Notes under the pieces: model-generated
The model's database searches: none
Seen by the model: the letters and a program-made list of their open reading frames with translations, nothing else
Told to the model about the DNA's origin: nothing
Made by a program: the position numbers and the translations under genes
Shown: one piece after another, positions 12,522 through 25,049 of the stretch
Position numbering within the stretch: position 1 is the first letter of the stretch
Layout of the letters: each line of letters begins with the position of its first letter
Source: Eledone cirrhosa
Taxonomy: Eukaryota
Assembly: GCA_964016885.1 (NCBI GenBank)
Contig: OZ024742.1
Location: forward strand, 151,590,001 to 151,654,000
Direction: 5' to 3'
DNA length: 64,000 nt

Positions 12522-15098
12522 ATGGAATTGTTCTACAACACTTCCTCCCTAAAGGACATTCCTATACCTTCGGAAGATGTCTACATGGACCTACTACTAA
12601 AGCAGACTAACAATTTCATCAGGAGGATACTTTGGAGGGCCTACCACTACAACAACAGGAGGGCCCCTGGATCAATTGACAATTCCACCAACCACATAAG
12701 AAGACTTTTCAAATCAACGAAAAACCCACCGCACAACCCACTCCTTGAGGAGTTTGAGAGCAGGATCATTACCATGATCCGGACAATTAGATTCAGGAAA
12801 CCACCGCGAAACCCTGACAGAAGTGCTTTCCTGTCCGGGATCGCCTCAACATTAAAAAAGATCAAGAATAGCACTGGAATTATCGTACCAGCGGATAAAA
12901 CGGGAAACCTATATAATTTAGAGTACAAAACCTACAAGAAATGCATAACAAACGAAATCTCTAAAATATACAAAACATCAACACGAGAAAACCTAGCACA
13001 CATAAACAAACAGGCGAAAACAATAATGACCGAACTGATTATTGACGACAGGACCTTTCCTTACAACCCTAGAACACCGAGCCTATCCATTAAAGACCAT
13101 AAACCGGACTTCCAGTCAAAACTACCGGTCAGGCTCATAGCCCCTTCCAAATCGGACCTTGGTAGACTTAGCAAATCAATCATTGACCGAATTTTACCTG
13201 AACTTAAGATTAGAACTAAACTCAGCCTATGGTCTTGTACAAAGGAGGTAATAGACTGGTTTTGTGCCATTGAAACTAAGTCGAATGTTCGATTAGTCCA
13301 ATTGGACATTACGAACTACTACGCATCTATATCCCCAATCATCCTTAACAAGGCACTGATCTCAGCCATGAACAGATCAAGCCTCGCTAGAAGAGAAGTA
13401 GACATAATAATAACAGTTAGGAAAACTTTACTAGAATTCGACGGAAGACTATGGGAACGACAGAATAGACCAGATAGCTTGGACATCACCATGGGATCGA
13501 CTGACTCTGCACAGGTTACAGATGTAGTAGGCATATACCTACTAAACATATTAAGAGACGAGATCCCCTCCTTGGGCGGTGGCTTATACCGGGATGATGC
13601 CCTAATATTGACCCGTGGACTTAATAACAGCCAATTAAATAGAATACACAAACGACTTAGGTACATCTTTAAGACCCAAGGTTTAGCAGTAGAAATTGAA
13701 CCTAACAATAGGACAGTTAACTTTTTAGAGGTCACCCTAGAATTAGACTCAGGCCTCTACCGTCCATACCACAAACCTAATGAAAATCTTAGATACGTCA
13801 ATAGACACTCCAACCACCCTAGGAGCATAATTAACTCTATAGTTAAAAGCGTCTCCAACAGATTGTCCACACTGTCGGCTAATGAAAACATCTTCAAGCA
13901 GCACGCGGAATACTACGACTCCGCACTTATAAACGCTGGTTATACTGAGAAGATTTCTTACATCGACCCAAATAGAACCGTAACACCGCTAAACATAGCA
14001 GGACCCTTAGAAACGAACTTGGGAGAAACCTCCACACCTAGGACACACAATAACCTTAGACGCTCCCTAGCCGGCAGCGCAGACAGCACCACACATAACT
14101 GTCTAGGAGATAAAGCCATACTCTCCAGCCCCAATAACAACTCCGACTATCGCACACGTTTGCGTACCAATAGAGACAAGGGACATAACGCCAATAGATT
14201 ACCTGGAACCTATATGAAACATACGCCTGACCAAAACACACACAAACTACCACCCAACCACAAAAACATCACTAAACAACGCATAAACCGAAGTAGACCT
14301 GTCACGTGGTATACCACCCCCTCCCCCTATTCTATACACGTCGCCACTAACATACCGGGAACCTTTTTCAGGGCTCTCGAACAATCTTTTCCACACACAC
14401 ACAAATACCACAAGCTCTTCAATAGACACACCGTAAAATTCTCTTTCTCCACAGCACCAAACCTAGGCCACACAACAGCACACACTAATAGGGCAAAAAT
14501 ACGAAAACACATGGTTTCCCCTCAACAAACCACCACCACAACCCAGAACGAAACCACACACACAACACAACACAACAACCCACACATCACACCCACACTG
14601 CATGACACCAACCGCCATCGTGCCACCACACCGGTTACACCTAAATGCAACTGCAAAAAACGAGCCGAATGCCCACTAAACTGGGAGTGCCTTGTTAAGA
14701 ATATTGTTTACCGGTGTGATGTCACAGCCGGCAATAAGGAGTACTCATATATAGGTGCGACATCCACTACGTTTAAGGAGCGCTGGTATAACCACAGAGG
14801 CTCCTTCAAACATAGATTGAAACGACCCCAAACAAAACTGGCCGACTTGATCTGGGACCTCAAGGACAGGAATATTGAACCCCAGATTTCGTGGTCAGTA
14901 AAAAGACGCGTGGCATATATCCCCAGTGACAGAAACCACTGCAGATTATGCCTGGCTGAGGCGGCGGAAATAATTAAATTAAATTCCGCCATAAACTATA
15001 GGTCGGACATAATTGTCAATTGCAGACACACTAGGATGAACACCTTTTCTGCACAAACATTCGCTGGAGGGCCACGCACTAACCATGACCCACCATAA
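12522..15098 (+). CDS. PLE-1 reverse transcriptase plus C-terminal GIY-YIG endonuclease (858 aa)
   Basis: RT motifs ADKTGN, KDHK..RLI, DITNYYASI, MGS and LYRDD. The C-terminus has CNC-x5-CPL-x3-CL, IVY...YIGAT...FKERWYNH and CRLC. The clade call rests on remembered motif patterns. Confidence 0.92.
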   Translation: MELFYNTSSLKDIPIPSEDVYMDLLLKQTNNFIRRILWRAYHYNNRRAPGSIDNSTNHIRRLFKSTKNPPHNPLLEEFESRIITMIRTIRFRKPPRNPDRSAFLSGIASTLKKIKNSTGIIVPADKTGNLYNLEYKTYKKCITNEISKIYKTSTRENLAHINKQAKTIMTELIIDDRTFPYNPRTPSLSIKDHKPDFQSKLPVRLIAPSKSDLGRLSKSIIDRILPELKIRTKLSLWSCTKEVIDWFCAIETKSNVRLVQLDITNYYASISPIILNKALISAMNRSSLARREVDIIITVRKTLLEFDGRLWERQNRPDSLDITMGSTDSAQVTDVVGIYLLNILRDEIPSLGGGLYRDDALILTRGLNNSQLNRIHKRLRYIFKTQGLAVEIEPNNRTVNFLEVTLELDSGLYRPYHKPNENLRYVNRHSNHPRSIINSIVKSVSNRLSTLSANENIFKQHAEYYDSALINAGYTEKISYIDPNRTVTPLNIAGPLETNLGETSTPRTHNNLRRSLAGSADSTTHNCLGDKAILSSPNNNSDYRTRLRTNRDKGHNANRLPGTYMKHTPDQNTHKLPPNHKNITKQRINRSRPVTWYTTPSPYSIHVATNIPGTFFRALEQSFPHTHKYHKLFNRHTVKFSFSTAPNLGHTTAHTNRAKIRKHMVSPQQTTTTTQNETTHTTQHNNPHITPTLHDTNRHRATTPVTPKCNCKKRAECPLNWECLVKNIVYRCDVTAGNKEYSYIGATSTTFKERWYNHRGSFKHRLKRPQTKLADLIWDLKDRNIEPQISWSVKRRVAYIPSDRNHCRLCLAEAAEIIKLNSAINYRSDIIVNCRHTRMNTFSAQTFAGGPRTNHDPP

Positions 15099-16381
15099 TA
15101 ATAACCACATCTGCCCCGTATCACCATCGCCCATCTCAACGAATTTTAATCCTAATCTTACTTTACTTTATTTTATTTTATTGTATTGCATTTAACCATA
15201 TGTAAGCCCGTATTTTGTATATCGTGCCGTATACATAACCCACACCAAAAATCACACTAACCGTGACACACCATATTAATAACCACCTATACCCCGTCTC
15301 ACCATCGCCCATCTCAATGAACTTATTGTATTGTACTCCATGTAACTATTTCTAAGCCTGCATTTGTATATCATGCCGCACACATCACCATCACCACCAC
15401 CAAAATTCACATCAGCATACACACCTCATCGTTGCAACATCGTATTTGATCGGTCCCCTATGATAGGTTTTACCTTGCAATCCACAATGACAAGGGATCT
15501 TGTAAATACAATGTCGATCATATCACACCATCGCCACCACAACCACACCACACATCGTCATATGTCTACCATACACACCTACAACCTCATCCCCCCATAT
15601 TCCCTCTGTCTACCCTAACCTACAACCCCACGCTAAATTCGACCCTGTAATTGTACTGTCACACGCACACACAACCACCGCCACCACTAGATACATCCAA
15701 ATACTTCAACAATCATTATCATTAACATCATCAACACATATCACCCCTCGCTCCCAGATCAACTGTATTATAAAAACCCCACCCCCGTCTGCCTTACCCT
15801 ATAACACACTGTAACCTCTGATCATGTAATCATCTTGTCGAACATATCACCACAGCACCATCACCATCATCATGTCCACAACACACATCGCCGTACGCCC
15901 ATAAACGCTTCTCCCCCGCGTTCCCCATGTCACCTTTTAACCGGTATTCGATCCGGTATATATATTTTTGTCCCTCACAACTCCACCACCACAAAACACA
16001 ACTCCATACTTCATCAACACCGACAACACATACCTCCACTCCCCAACCAACAATAGTGTGTGTGTCTGTGTGTAAGTATTTTTACACATACGGGCGTATA
16101 AGTGTGCGTGCGGTGTACGCATAGTTATATGTATGTGTGTGTGTATGTGAACACATGTGTATACATATGTGTATGTGTGTGTATATATATATCTGTGTAT
16201 ATATATGTGTATGTGTATGCGTATGTGTATGTGTGTGTGTATATGTATGTGTATGTATGTGTGTATATGTGTATATGTGTACGTCTACATATATGTATAT
16301 GGGTGAATCTGACTGTATGTGTAGGTGAGCTCATGTATGTGTATATGTGTGTGTTGTCTGTACATGTGTGTGTATATATAA

Positions 16382-19300
16382 ATCCGCTTCTTAAAACACT
16401 GTGTTTCCTCCAAAACATACACAACAAACATATCAAAACAAGTAAATAATTTATTATTGAACAAAACACAAGCTGAACGGCTAAAACACACAATAACAGT
16501 TAATATGAAAAGAACAACATACACAAAAGTCAACGCACTCTACAGACAAAAACGCATCAACGGTAAGGAAATCCGAAATCTCATCACAGCAAACGAGAGA
16601 GATGACTTCATGAGCGTCATCCGACGCGAAACGAAATATGCTCAAAACGAATGCTGTAGGCATTTCAAGAAGAAATTAGAATGGATGAATAAGAAAAAAC
16701 TACAAGAAAGGAAAATCGAATATTCTCAAAAATACCCAGATAACATCGACAATATCCGTATGACTGATGTAAAACTACCGGAAGAATTTACCAATGACCA
16801 CACAATAAATATCTATGGGAACACTTTAATCAGTGAACAAGAACAACAAATCCTAAAGTTACCACCAAAATTTGCCATCTACAAAAAGATTAACCCTATG
16901 GAATGCAAAACGGAGCTGGAAAAGTGTTTCACAAAAATACGTTGGAATGCAAAGGTAAACAACAACAACAATAATAACGGTAGTAGTAATATAAACAATA
17001 ACTCTGGGTATAGAAATAACAGCCATAACCATAACAATGGCAGGAAAGTGAGAAATAGTGATAATGGCAATAATACTAGCGATAGACAGAACAACAACAA
17101 CCACAATAATAATAATAATAGAAACGTTAACCACAGACACAGCAACAGTGACCACAGTAGTAATAACGGTAACAATACGAACAACAACAACAACAATAAC
17201 CACAGTGGTAATAATGGAAATAGTACATGTAGCAACATCAACAAAAACAAGAAACATAATAATAGTAACAACCACAATGGTAGAAATAGCAGTAACAACA
17301 ACAACAATAACGGTGAAGTAAACAACAATACATCTAGCAATCATAACAATAATAATATTAATGCTAATGATAGAAACAACAACAACCACCATGATAACAA
17401 TAATAGCAACACACACAACTATGACGATAGAAATAACGACAACCCCTTAGAGAAGCTATTTTTCAACCCAGCTGACAAAACATATAAGATGGGTAATATC
17501 TATCCTACGAGGTTACCCTTTAATAAAAGAGTTTGCATACCACAGCAAATAGATGACGAGACGGAGGCACAGTTCACCATAGCTAGAAATAAGATTAGAC
17601 AAGTAGTAGACAGGTACACTATGAGACAGAGCAGACCAGAGGCCCAACAACTTGGGATAAAACCTGTAGAAGGCTTGGTTAGCCTCAAGCAGCGCACAAG
17701 GGATGGTGAGGTAGTGTGTCTACCCACAGATAAGTCTGGTAGGATGTCAATAGATAGCATGCCGAACTACATCGAGGCAATGCAACCCCACATCACCAAC
17801 ACGAGCGAAGTTGCACAACTAACACACGATGGGAGAGAAAAAATCCTCAACGCTCACATGATGATGTGGACTGACATCCTAAAGCCAAGCAGACGCACTG
17901 CCAACAACTTCCAGGCGTCTAACAATGGCATACCACCCTTGTATGGGCTCCGCAAAGACCACAAGACAGTCGACGACCCGACAACAGGACCACCAACAAG
18001 ACCCGTATGCGGAGCTAATATAGCTAGCAACTACAGGATCTCCTACTTCCTCTCAATGGTTATACGCCCCATAATCAAGATGTCCCCAGATGTATGTGAA
18101 AGTACAGAGGACCTCCTCAGCAGAATCAGTGAGTGCAACAAAAACAGGAGCCTATCCAACTGCATAATAGGCAGCATGGATGTGGTGTCACTGTACCCAT
18201 CCATTAACATTGATTTTGCTGTGAAAAGATGTGTGGAGATGATCATTGAGAGTGAGGTGGAGTTCTGCGACGTCGACACAGACGAACTGGGCCTCCTACT
18301 TAGACTTACCTACGACACTGACTACCTAGACAGCCATGACCTTAGATGTTTCTGCCCTAGTAGACCTATAAGAGGTAGACCCCCCACCATAACCTCAATG
18401 GCTAAAAAGACTCCCATAGGAAGGTGGATTGGGTGGACCAAAGCTATACGGACCCCCCAAAACACTGATCAGGTAAGAAAAATGGTCGCACATGCAATAG
18501 GGGCTAGTATCAACATTACCCTAAAAGGCCACACATTTAAGTTCAATGAGAAAATCTACACCAAAAATGAGGGAGCAGCCATCGGCGTCAGCATAGCTGG
18601 TGATGTTACCAACCTTTTCATGGTATGGTGGGAAAGGAGACTTAAAGATCTCCTTAATGAAAGCTCCATAGACCTCATTATGTACTCTTGTTATGTAGAC
18701 GATATCAATATAGTTATAAGAACACCCACACTAGAGAGCACTAACAAGTTTGATTTAGAACGTAGCACGATGGAAAGCATCCAGCAGATAGCTAATTCCA
18801 TACACCAGAGTATAACTGTAACTATAGACTTCCCTTCCAAACACCCTAACAATAGACTACCTGTATTAGACACAGAATTCTGGATTAACACTATAGACGA
18901 GAGAGCCCAAATTCTCCACTCTCACTATGCTAAACCCATGGCCTCCAAATACCTGATACTCAAAAACTCAGCAATGTCCAGTAGTGCTAAGTTTAATATT
19001 CTGATCGCAGATTTGGTACGAGTGATGAAGAATGTGTCCAGCATGTGCGACCCAACAGAAATGGAAGGACACATCCAACACTTCATCAACCGCATGCAGT
19101 TCTCTGGCTACAACCAAAGAGACAGAGTCAGAGTATACGAAGGAGCCATGGAAAAGTATAAGACCCTCATAGAACTGGACATGAAAGGAATTTGCCCACT
19201 ATACAGGAGCAAATCATGGAATAGCTTAGATAGGGCTAGACATAAGATAGGGAAGGCCACATCATGGTACGACAACCAGAGATATCAGAGTGTCATGTTT

Positions 19301-19849
19301 GTGGACGCCACCCCTGGAGGGAAATTAGCTAACCAGTGTAGAAAGGCCCTGAGAAAGACCCACTTAAAAATAAAGGTGGTAGAAAAGCCAGGAACCACCA
19401 TAAAATCCCTGATCAGCAAAACCTACCCTTTTAAGAAAACCCACTGTACCAATAGGAAATGTATCATATGTAAGGTGAACCCCCGGATAAACTGTAAAAC
19501 TAGAAACGTAGTCTATAGCATAAGATGTACAGAGGGTACTTGCAGAAACATGACAACAACATACATAGGTGAGACAGCTCGTAGCATAGGTGAAAGGATA
19601 GACCAACACTGGGGGGAACTAAAAGGACGAAAAAACGGGTCAGTACTATACGAACATGCTAGACAACAACATGACGGTAACATAGACAACATAGAAATTA
19701 GAATAATATCTAAACATAGGAATGACCCAGCAGATAGGCAAATCAGAGAGGCCAGTGAAATAGAAATTAGAAGACCAAAGCTAAACAGAAAGAATGAGTG
19801 GAACAACAACAACACCCAAGCAAACAACACTGACCTAAGAGAAGTATAA
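16382..19849 (+). CDS. PLE-2 RT plus GIY-YIG polyprotein with an Asn-rich insert (5'-truncated, no ATG start)
   Basis: The frame is open from 16382 (IRFLKHC...). Motifs are TDKSGR, KDHK..RPVC, SMDVVSLYPSI, GAAIG, YVDD, LPVLD, C-x4-C-x2-C-x7-C and VVY...YIGETARS..ER..QH. Confidence 0.92.
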   Translation: MRFLKHCVSSKTYTTNISKQVNNLLLNKTQAERLKHTITVNMKRTTYTKVNALYRQKRINGKEIRNLITANERDDFMSVIRRETKYAQNECCRHFKKKLEWMNKKKLQERKIEYSQKYPDNIDNIRMTDVKLPEEFTNDHTINIYGNTLISEQEQQILKLPPKFAIYKKINPMECKTELEKCFTKIRWNAKVNNNNNNNGSSNINNNSGYRNNSHNHNNGRKVRNSDNGNNTSDRQNNNNHNNNNNRNVNHRHSNSDHSSNNGNNTNNNNNNNHSGNNGNSTCSNINKNKKHNNSNNHNGRNSSNNNNNNGEVNNNTSSNHNNNNINANDRNNNNHHDNNNSNTHNYDDRNNDNPLEKLFFNPADKTYKMGNIYPTRLPFNKRVCIPQQIDDETEAQFTIARNKIRQVVDRYTMRQSRPEAQQLGIKPVEGLVSLKQRTRDGEVVCLPTDKSGRMSIDSMPNYIEAMQPHITNTSEVAQLTHDGREKILNAHMMMWTDILKPSRRTANNFQASNNGIPPLYGLRKDHKTVDDPTTGPPTRPVCGANIASNYRISYFLSMVIRPIIKMSPDVCESTEDLLSRISECNKNRSLSNCIIGSMDVVSLYPSINIDFAVKRCVEMIIESEVEFCDVDTDELGLLLRLTYDTDYLDSHDLRCFCPSRPIRGRPPTITSMAKKTPIGRWIGWTKAIRTPQNTDQVRKMVAHAIGASINITLKGHTFKFNEKIYTKNEGAAIGVSIAGDVTNLFMVWWERRLKDLLNESSIDLIMYSCYVDDINIVIRTPTLESTNKFDLERSTMESIQQIANSIHQSITVTIDFPSKHPNNRLPVLDTEFWINTIDERAQILHSHYAKPMASKYLILKNSAMSSSAKFNILIADLVRVMKNVSSMCDPTEMEGHIQHFINRMQFSGYNQRDRVRVYEGAMEKYKTLIELDMKGICPLYRSKSWNSLDRARHKIGKATSWYDNQRYQSVMFVDATPGGKLANQCRKALRKTHLKIKVVEKPGTTIKSLISKTYPFKKTHCTNRKCIICKVNPRINCKTRNVVYSIRCTEGTCRNMTTTYIGETARSIGERIDQHWGELKGRKNGSVLYEHARQQHDGNIDNIEIRIISKHRNDPADRQIREASEIEIRRPKLNRKNEWNNNNTQANNTDLREV

Positions 19850-20116
19850 ATAAGTAAATAAAATTAAATAAAATAAGATAAATAAATACATACACAAGCA
19901 CATAAACACACACTAGTCACCCAGCAGACACAACACTATACACACTAGTCACACATCACACATAACACTATACACACACGCAAACGCATGCGCAAAGAAG
20001 ACAAAATGAAATAAGATAAACAAACAAGCAAATAAATAAATAAATATATAGACAGACTGAACAAAAAAAAAATGGCGTAGACATACAACACAACAGGAGG
20101 AACAATGAATATAACA

Positions 20117-20156
20117 CCACTAACGATGTTGCAGATGTGCAACGAAAGATTTATGT
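20117..20156 (+). ncRNA. Degenerate hammerhead in the PLE-2 pLTR
   Basis: cca ctaacga t-gttgca-gatg-tgcaac gaaa gatt ta tgt. It has G5A and a decayed stem I and stem III. Confidence 0.5.
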
Positions 20157-20369
20157 AAATTATGTAAACTATATATATGTGTTTGTGTCTATATTGTATC
20201 TGTATTATTTTTGACCGCCGGTCAGTCAATGGCAACATTGAGGACCGAGTAAGTTAGATCGCAGATATATATATATAAAAGACAGCGAGAAGCGAAAACC
20301 AACCAAACAGTGAGTGTGTTCTGTTATTAATTCTGGCAATATTACGCAAATATGACCCTCCCCAAATAT

Positions 20370-20446
<77 letters not shown>

Positions 20447-21257
20447 AGTATACGTGTGTGTGAGTGTGTATGTGTATATTTTGTATACGTGAGTGTGAGT
20501 CCATGTGCCCATACCCATATGTGTGTATGGGTATATGTATGTGTATGTATATAGTAAAACACCTTCTACATTGCCTCTCACCTTCCCCCATCTCTGTCGT
20601 TCGCCACCTCCACCGATACTCCTCCACTCTCCATATTCGTGCCCGCATTCGCGCATACACATACACGTGTGTACATATACATATGGCTGTGTGTGAGCGT
20701 GTGTCGATATGTGTGGGCAAGCATGTGCGTATGTGTTTGTGGTGTGTGTGTTTATACAACAATATGTGTTCACATATGTACATATATGTGTGTGCGTATA
20801 CGTATATACAAAGTATCTGTCAGACGAAGAGCGTCTAGCTATGTATCTAGGTAAGGACCTTGACTCCACCAATATATCCACCACACCACCACAAGCGCCG
20901 ATACCATAGACAACGGTACCAATACCACACCCCCACTAACACGCCAACCCGTCTACTGACAATCCACTAATCTCATACCACAGCCCATCCCACTAAGCAA
21001 CCATAACCACCACCATATCATCACATCCACCCCCACATACTCTACACGCCAAGGCCAACCCACCACCACCACACCACAGCCCATCTCATTCAACCACCGT
21101 CACCAACATCTCACCATCACACCCACCCCCATATACACTACAGGCCAGTACATCGCCTTGATCCTTCCCACCAATCAAAACAACTCATTTTGTCAAACTC
21201 TTGAATCTCTGACTTTACCACATAGCATGTATTTCATTTTCTTATAGCATTTTAAGA

Positions 21258-21344
21258 GGGTTCGTCGAGCTGCGGATTATTGAGTCGGGTAGGATCGATA
21301 TAGATCGAACCTTGAGCTGATCAGTGGCGAAACGCGCGTCACCT
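21258..21344 (+). ncRNA. Variant hammerhead in the PLE-1 3' pLTR
   Basis: gggt tcgtcga gctgc...gtggc gaaa cgcgcg tc acct, then aataaa. Confidence 0.55.
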
Positions 21345-21419
21345 ATCAATAAATGCAATGAAGGAATAATCAATCGTCCTTTTTATCCTTTCTATATATA
21401 TTTATATATATATATGCTT

Positions 21420-21485
<66 letters not shown>

Positions 21486-21628
21486 GATATTAAATAAATG
21501 GAAACTATATTTATAAAACCATATTTATTTCATTATACATATTTCAAGGATACCATAATATCGTATATCTACTCCCAACAGTTATAAATATTTACTAGTT
21601 GTAACCCAACAATTTTAAATATAACTTT

Positions 21629-21984
<356 letters not shown>

Positions 21985-22091
21985 TTATATATATATATTA
22001 CTCTTTTACCTGTTTCAGCCATCCGGCTGAGGCCATGCTGGGGCACATATATTTATATATATATATTTATTTATAGATATATATATATATT

Positions 22092-22164
<73 letters not shown>

Positions 22165-22253
22165 TTATATATATAGATATATATATATTTATATATATAG
22201 ATATATAGATATTTATATATATATATTTATTTATATATATATATATATTTATT

Positions 22254-22287
<34 letters not shown>

Positions 22288-22314
22288 TATTTATAGATAT
22301 ATATATATATTTAG

Positions 22315-22429
<115 letters not shown>

Positions 22430-23264
22430 TTCATAATATTAACAAAAATAGACATTCGTGTGATCAAGTATATTTTATTATACATATTTCCGATTTATAA
22501 ATTAAATTCCGATTTTATAAATTAAATATGTTAGTATACTTTAATATCAATATAAATATTTATAAACTTTTATAGCCTGAAATATTATACCTTTAGATTA
22601 ATTCATTATTCTGAACTAACATAAATGATTCGAAATTTAACGGTCAGCCGGATACGTTTGGATATATATAGTATATATAATTAATTGTTACTATATTTCT
22701 AATTAACTAAGGACTCGAAATTAAACCCTCATATAATTACACCCAGATATATTTAATATTTAGATTAATGGATACTTCTAGATAATTTGAAGATTCGAGT
22801 TTACTCTTTCACAAAGCTATGCCCAAATATATATTCATGTATTTATATAGATATATATATATATATTTGCATCATCTAATCACACCCTATTCATCCACAA
22901 CAATACATATCTCCCTCCCTATGCTTTACACTATAAAAATTATTCCTCCTTGTCTCTCTATCCTTGATCAATTCTCTTTTGCTTTCTATACTTCTAGTAA
23001 CTATATTTTTTCCTCATCTGTTTCTCTCTTTCTTTCTTCTTTCTTTCTTCTTTCTTCAATAATTTAAATTATTTGAATCTCTAACAGTTATGTAAATTGC
23101 TATTATGTATTTTTAAACTTTCTCACACGCACCCTCTGTATTATATATACATTTTTTCATGTCTCAATCTTAAGGTATATAAATATTGAGTTTTGTCATA
23201 TCTTATTCACTACCATGACTGAATCTTAACCCTCTACTAAGTCAGGGTATGTCATGCATCATCT

Positions 23265-23331
23265 TATTTTATCTGCTGAAGACGTACTGTTGAAGATAGC
23301 TCAGTACCTCTGAAATATGTATAATAAAATA
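23265..23331 (+). ncRNA. Type I hammerhead-like motif in a pLTR cassette (22430-23475)
   Basis: tattttatctg ctgaaga c-gtactg...cagtac-ctct gaaa tatg ta taataaaata. The 3' half is inverted at ~22430-22490. Confidence 0.6.
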
Positions 23332-23470
23332 TACTTGATCACAGAAATGTCTATTTTTGTTAATATTTTGAATTAATATTAATAACTTCGGAAAAGCATA
23401 ACTGTTGAGTGCTTCCAATCTATTGTAAAACTCATTCTTAGATTTATTCATTGAACCTTGTTTAATCTTG

Positions 23471-23502
<32 letters not shown>

Positions 23503-23512
<10 letters not shown>

Positions 23513-23906
23513 TAAACGGAATAGAAAATGCTGACAAATTGTTCACAGTTGAAAAATGGTTTAATTAGGAATAAAAGAGTATTAGTGATTGTATGGGTTA
23601 GTATTCAGTTGTGGTTTTAAGTTTTTAAGTTTTTACCGGTTGCGCATTTCTAAATGCTTTTCAAAAATAATTTTGAGATAGAGTGTCCGTGCTGTTTGCT
23701 CAGATCAGAGCAAACAGCACGGACACTCTATCTCAAAATTATTTTTGAAAAGCATTTAGAAATGCGCAACCGGTAAAAACTTAAAAACTTAAAACCACAA
23801 CTGAATACTAACCCATACAATCACTAATACTCTTTTATTCCTAATTAAACCATTTTTCAACTGTGAACAATTTGTCAGCATTTTCTATTCCGTTTACCAA
23901 TATATA
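23503..23906. repeat. Perfect ~200-bp-arm palindrome containing a mutated HHR on each arm
   Basis: The axis is at 23702-23707. The plus-strand motif at 23742-23778 is ttt ttgaaaa gcattt-ag-aaatgc gcaa ccgg ta aaa, with GAAA changed to GCAA. Confidence 0.85.
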
Positions 23907-23935
23907 ATAACTTGTGTGTTACACCTCTATTCTTT

Positions 23936-23980
<45 letters not shown>

Positions 23981-24074
23981 ATATATACACACACAAATGT
24001 AAATATATATGCATATATATATATGTGTGTGTATATATACATATATATATACACACAAATATAAATATATATGC

Positions 24075-24130
<56 letters not shown>

Positions 24131-24182
24131 GTATACATAACATGGTTTCAACTTGTACAAAAATCCCTAGGGATCTAATTGA

Positions 24183-24222
<40 letters not shown>

Positions 24223-24235
24223 GCATATATATTTA

Positions 24236-24351
<116 letters not shown>

Positions 24352-24398
24352 TGAGTGTGAAAGACCAAAGGTCGTTATTGAAAGTCTCTGGATTTCGC

Positions 24399-24590
24399 AA
24401 AAAGGTATTCAATACGTTAGTAGAGCATAATCATGTTTGTTTTATTATAGAAATGAGCTTTATTGGACTAGAACTGTTTGGTTCGTAAGAATGATGATTT
24501 CTTACAAATGAAACAGTTTTTGTCCTGTAGATGTCACTTCGATAATAAAACAAACATGTTTATACTCTACTAGTGTATTGAGTACTTTTT
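24399..24590. mobile_element. Diverged fold-back pLTR fragment with HHR 3' halves
   Basis: Imperfect palindrome centred near 24492, containing gaaa cag tttttgtc ctg ta gatg. It is homologous to 58195-58345. Confidence 0.6.
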
Positions 24591-24623
24591 TTAAATGTGC
24601 TCACCTCCCGATATACTTCTGAA

Positions 24624-24732
<109 letters not shown>

Positions 24733-25049
24733 ACTGATAGAAATTAACTAAAATATTGATGGCAACTGAATTGTACACAAGTGTACTTCCGTTTAAAGAC
24801 AGGAAAATATGGCAGAAGTAGTTTATGTTGTGAGTAGAATTTGTAATGTGACATTATAAACAGAGACGGGTTTAGTTTGACCCGTTAAATATTAGCTGAC
24901 CCATAAAACTAAATAGTATTATGACTGATATTGATTCACTCGTCATTCGCTTCATATTATTCAATGATCAATTTTTCGGTTCACCAACTGATCAAATAGG
25001 GAATATTTGTGGGACAAAGGAAACACAAGCAAGGTTTGTAATTTAAATT

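Larger units (their letters stand above)
16381..20376 (+). mobile_element. Penelope-like element 2 (probably Naiad clade), 5'-truncated, nested in a (TA)n tract of PLE-1
   Basis: The flanks 16343-16380 and 20435-20470 are contiguous across a TA tract in the uninterrupted inverted copy at ~11680-11775. Confidence 0.88.
10662..21400 (+). mobile_element. Penelope-like element 1 (probably Hydra clade) with an inverted upstream copy of its 3'UTR/pLTR, interrupted by PLE-2
   Basis: 10663-10878 is the reverse complement of 12272-12479. ~11745-12270 is the reverse complement of ~15870-16380. ~10760-11710 is the reverse complement of ~20440-21398. Both ends lie in (TA)n. Confidence 0.85.

Noticed and set aside
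16382-19849. Selenocysteine recoding, as reported for some Naiad elements
   Set aside because: There is no in-frame TGA in the ORF, which ends in TAA.
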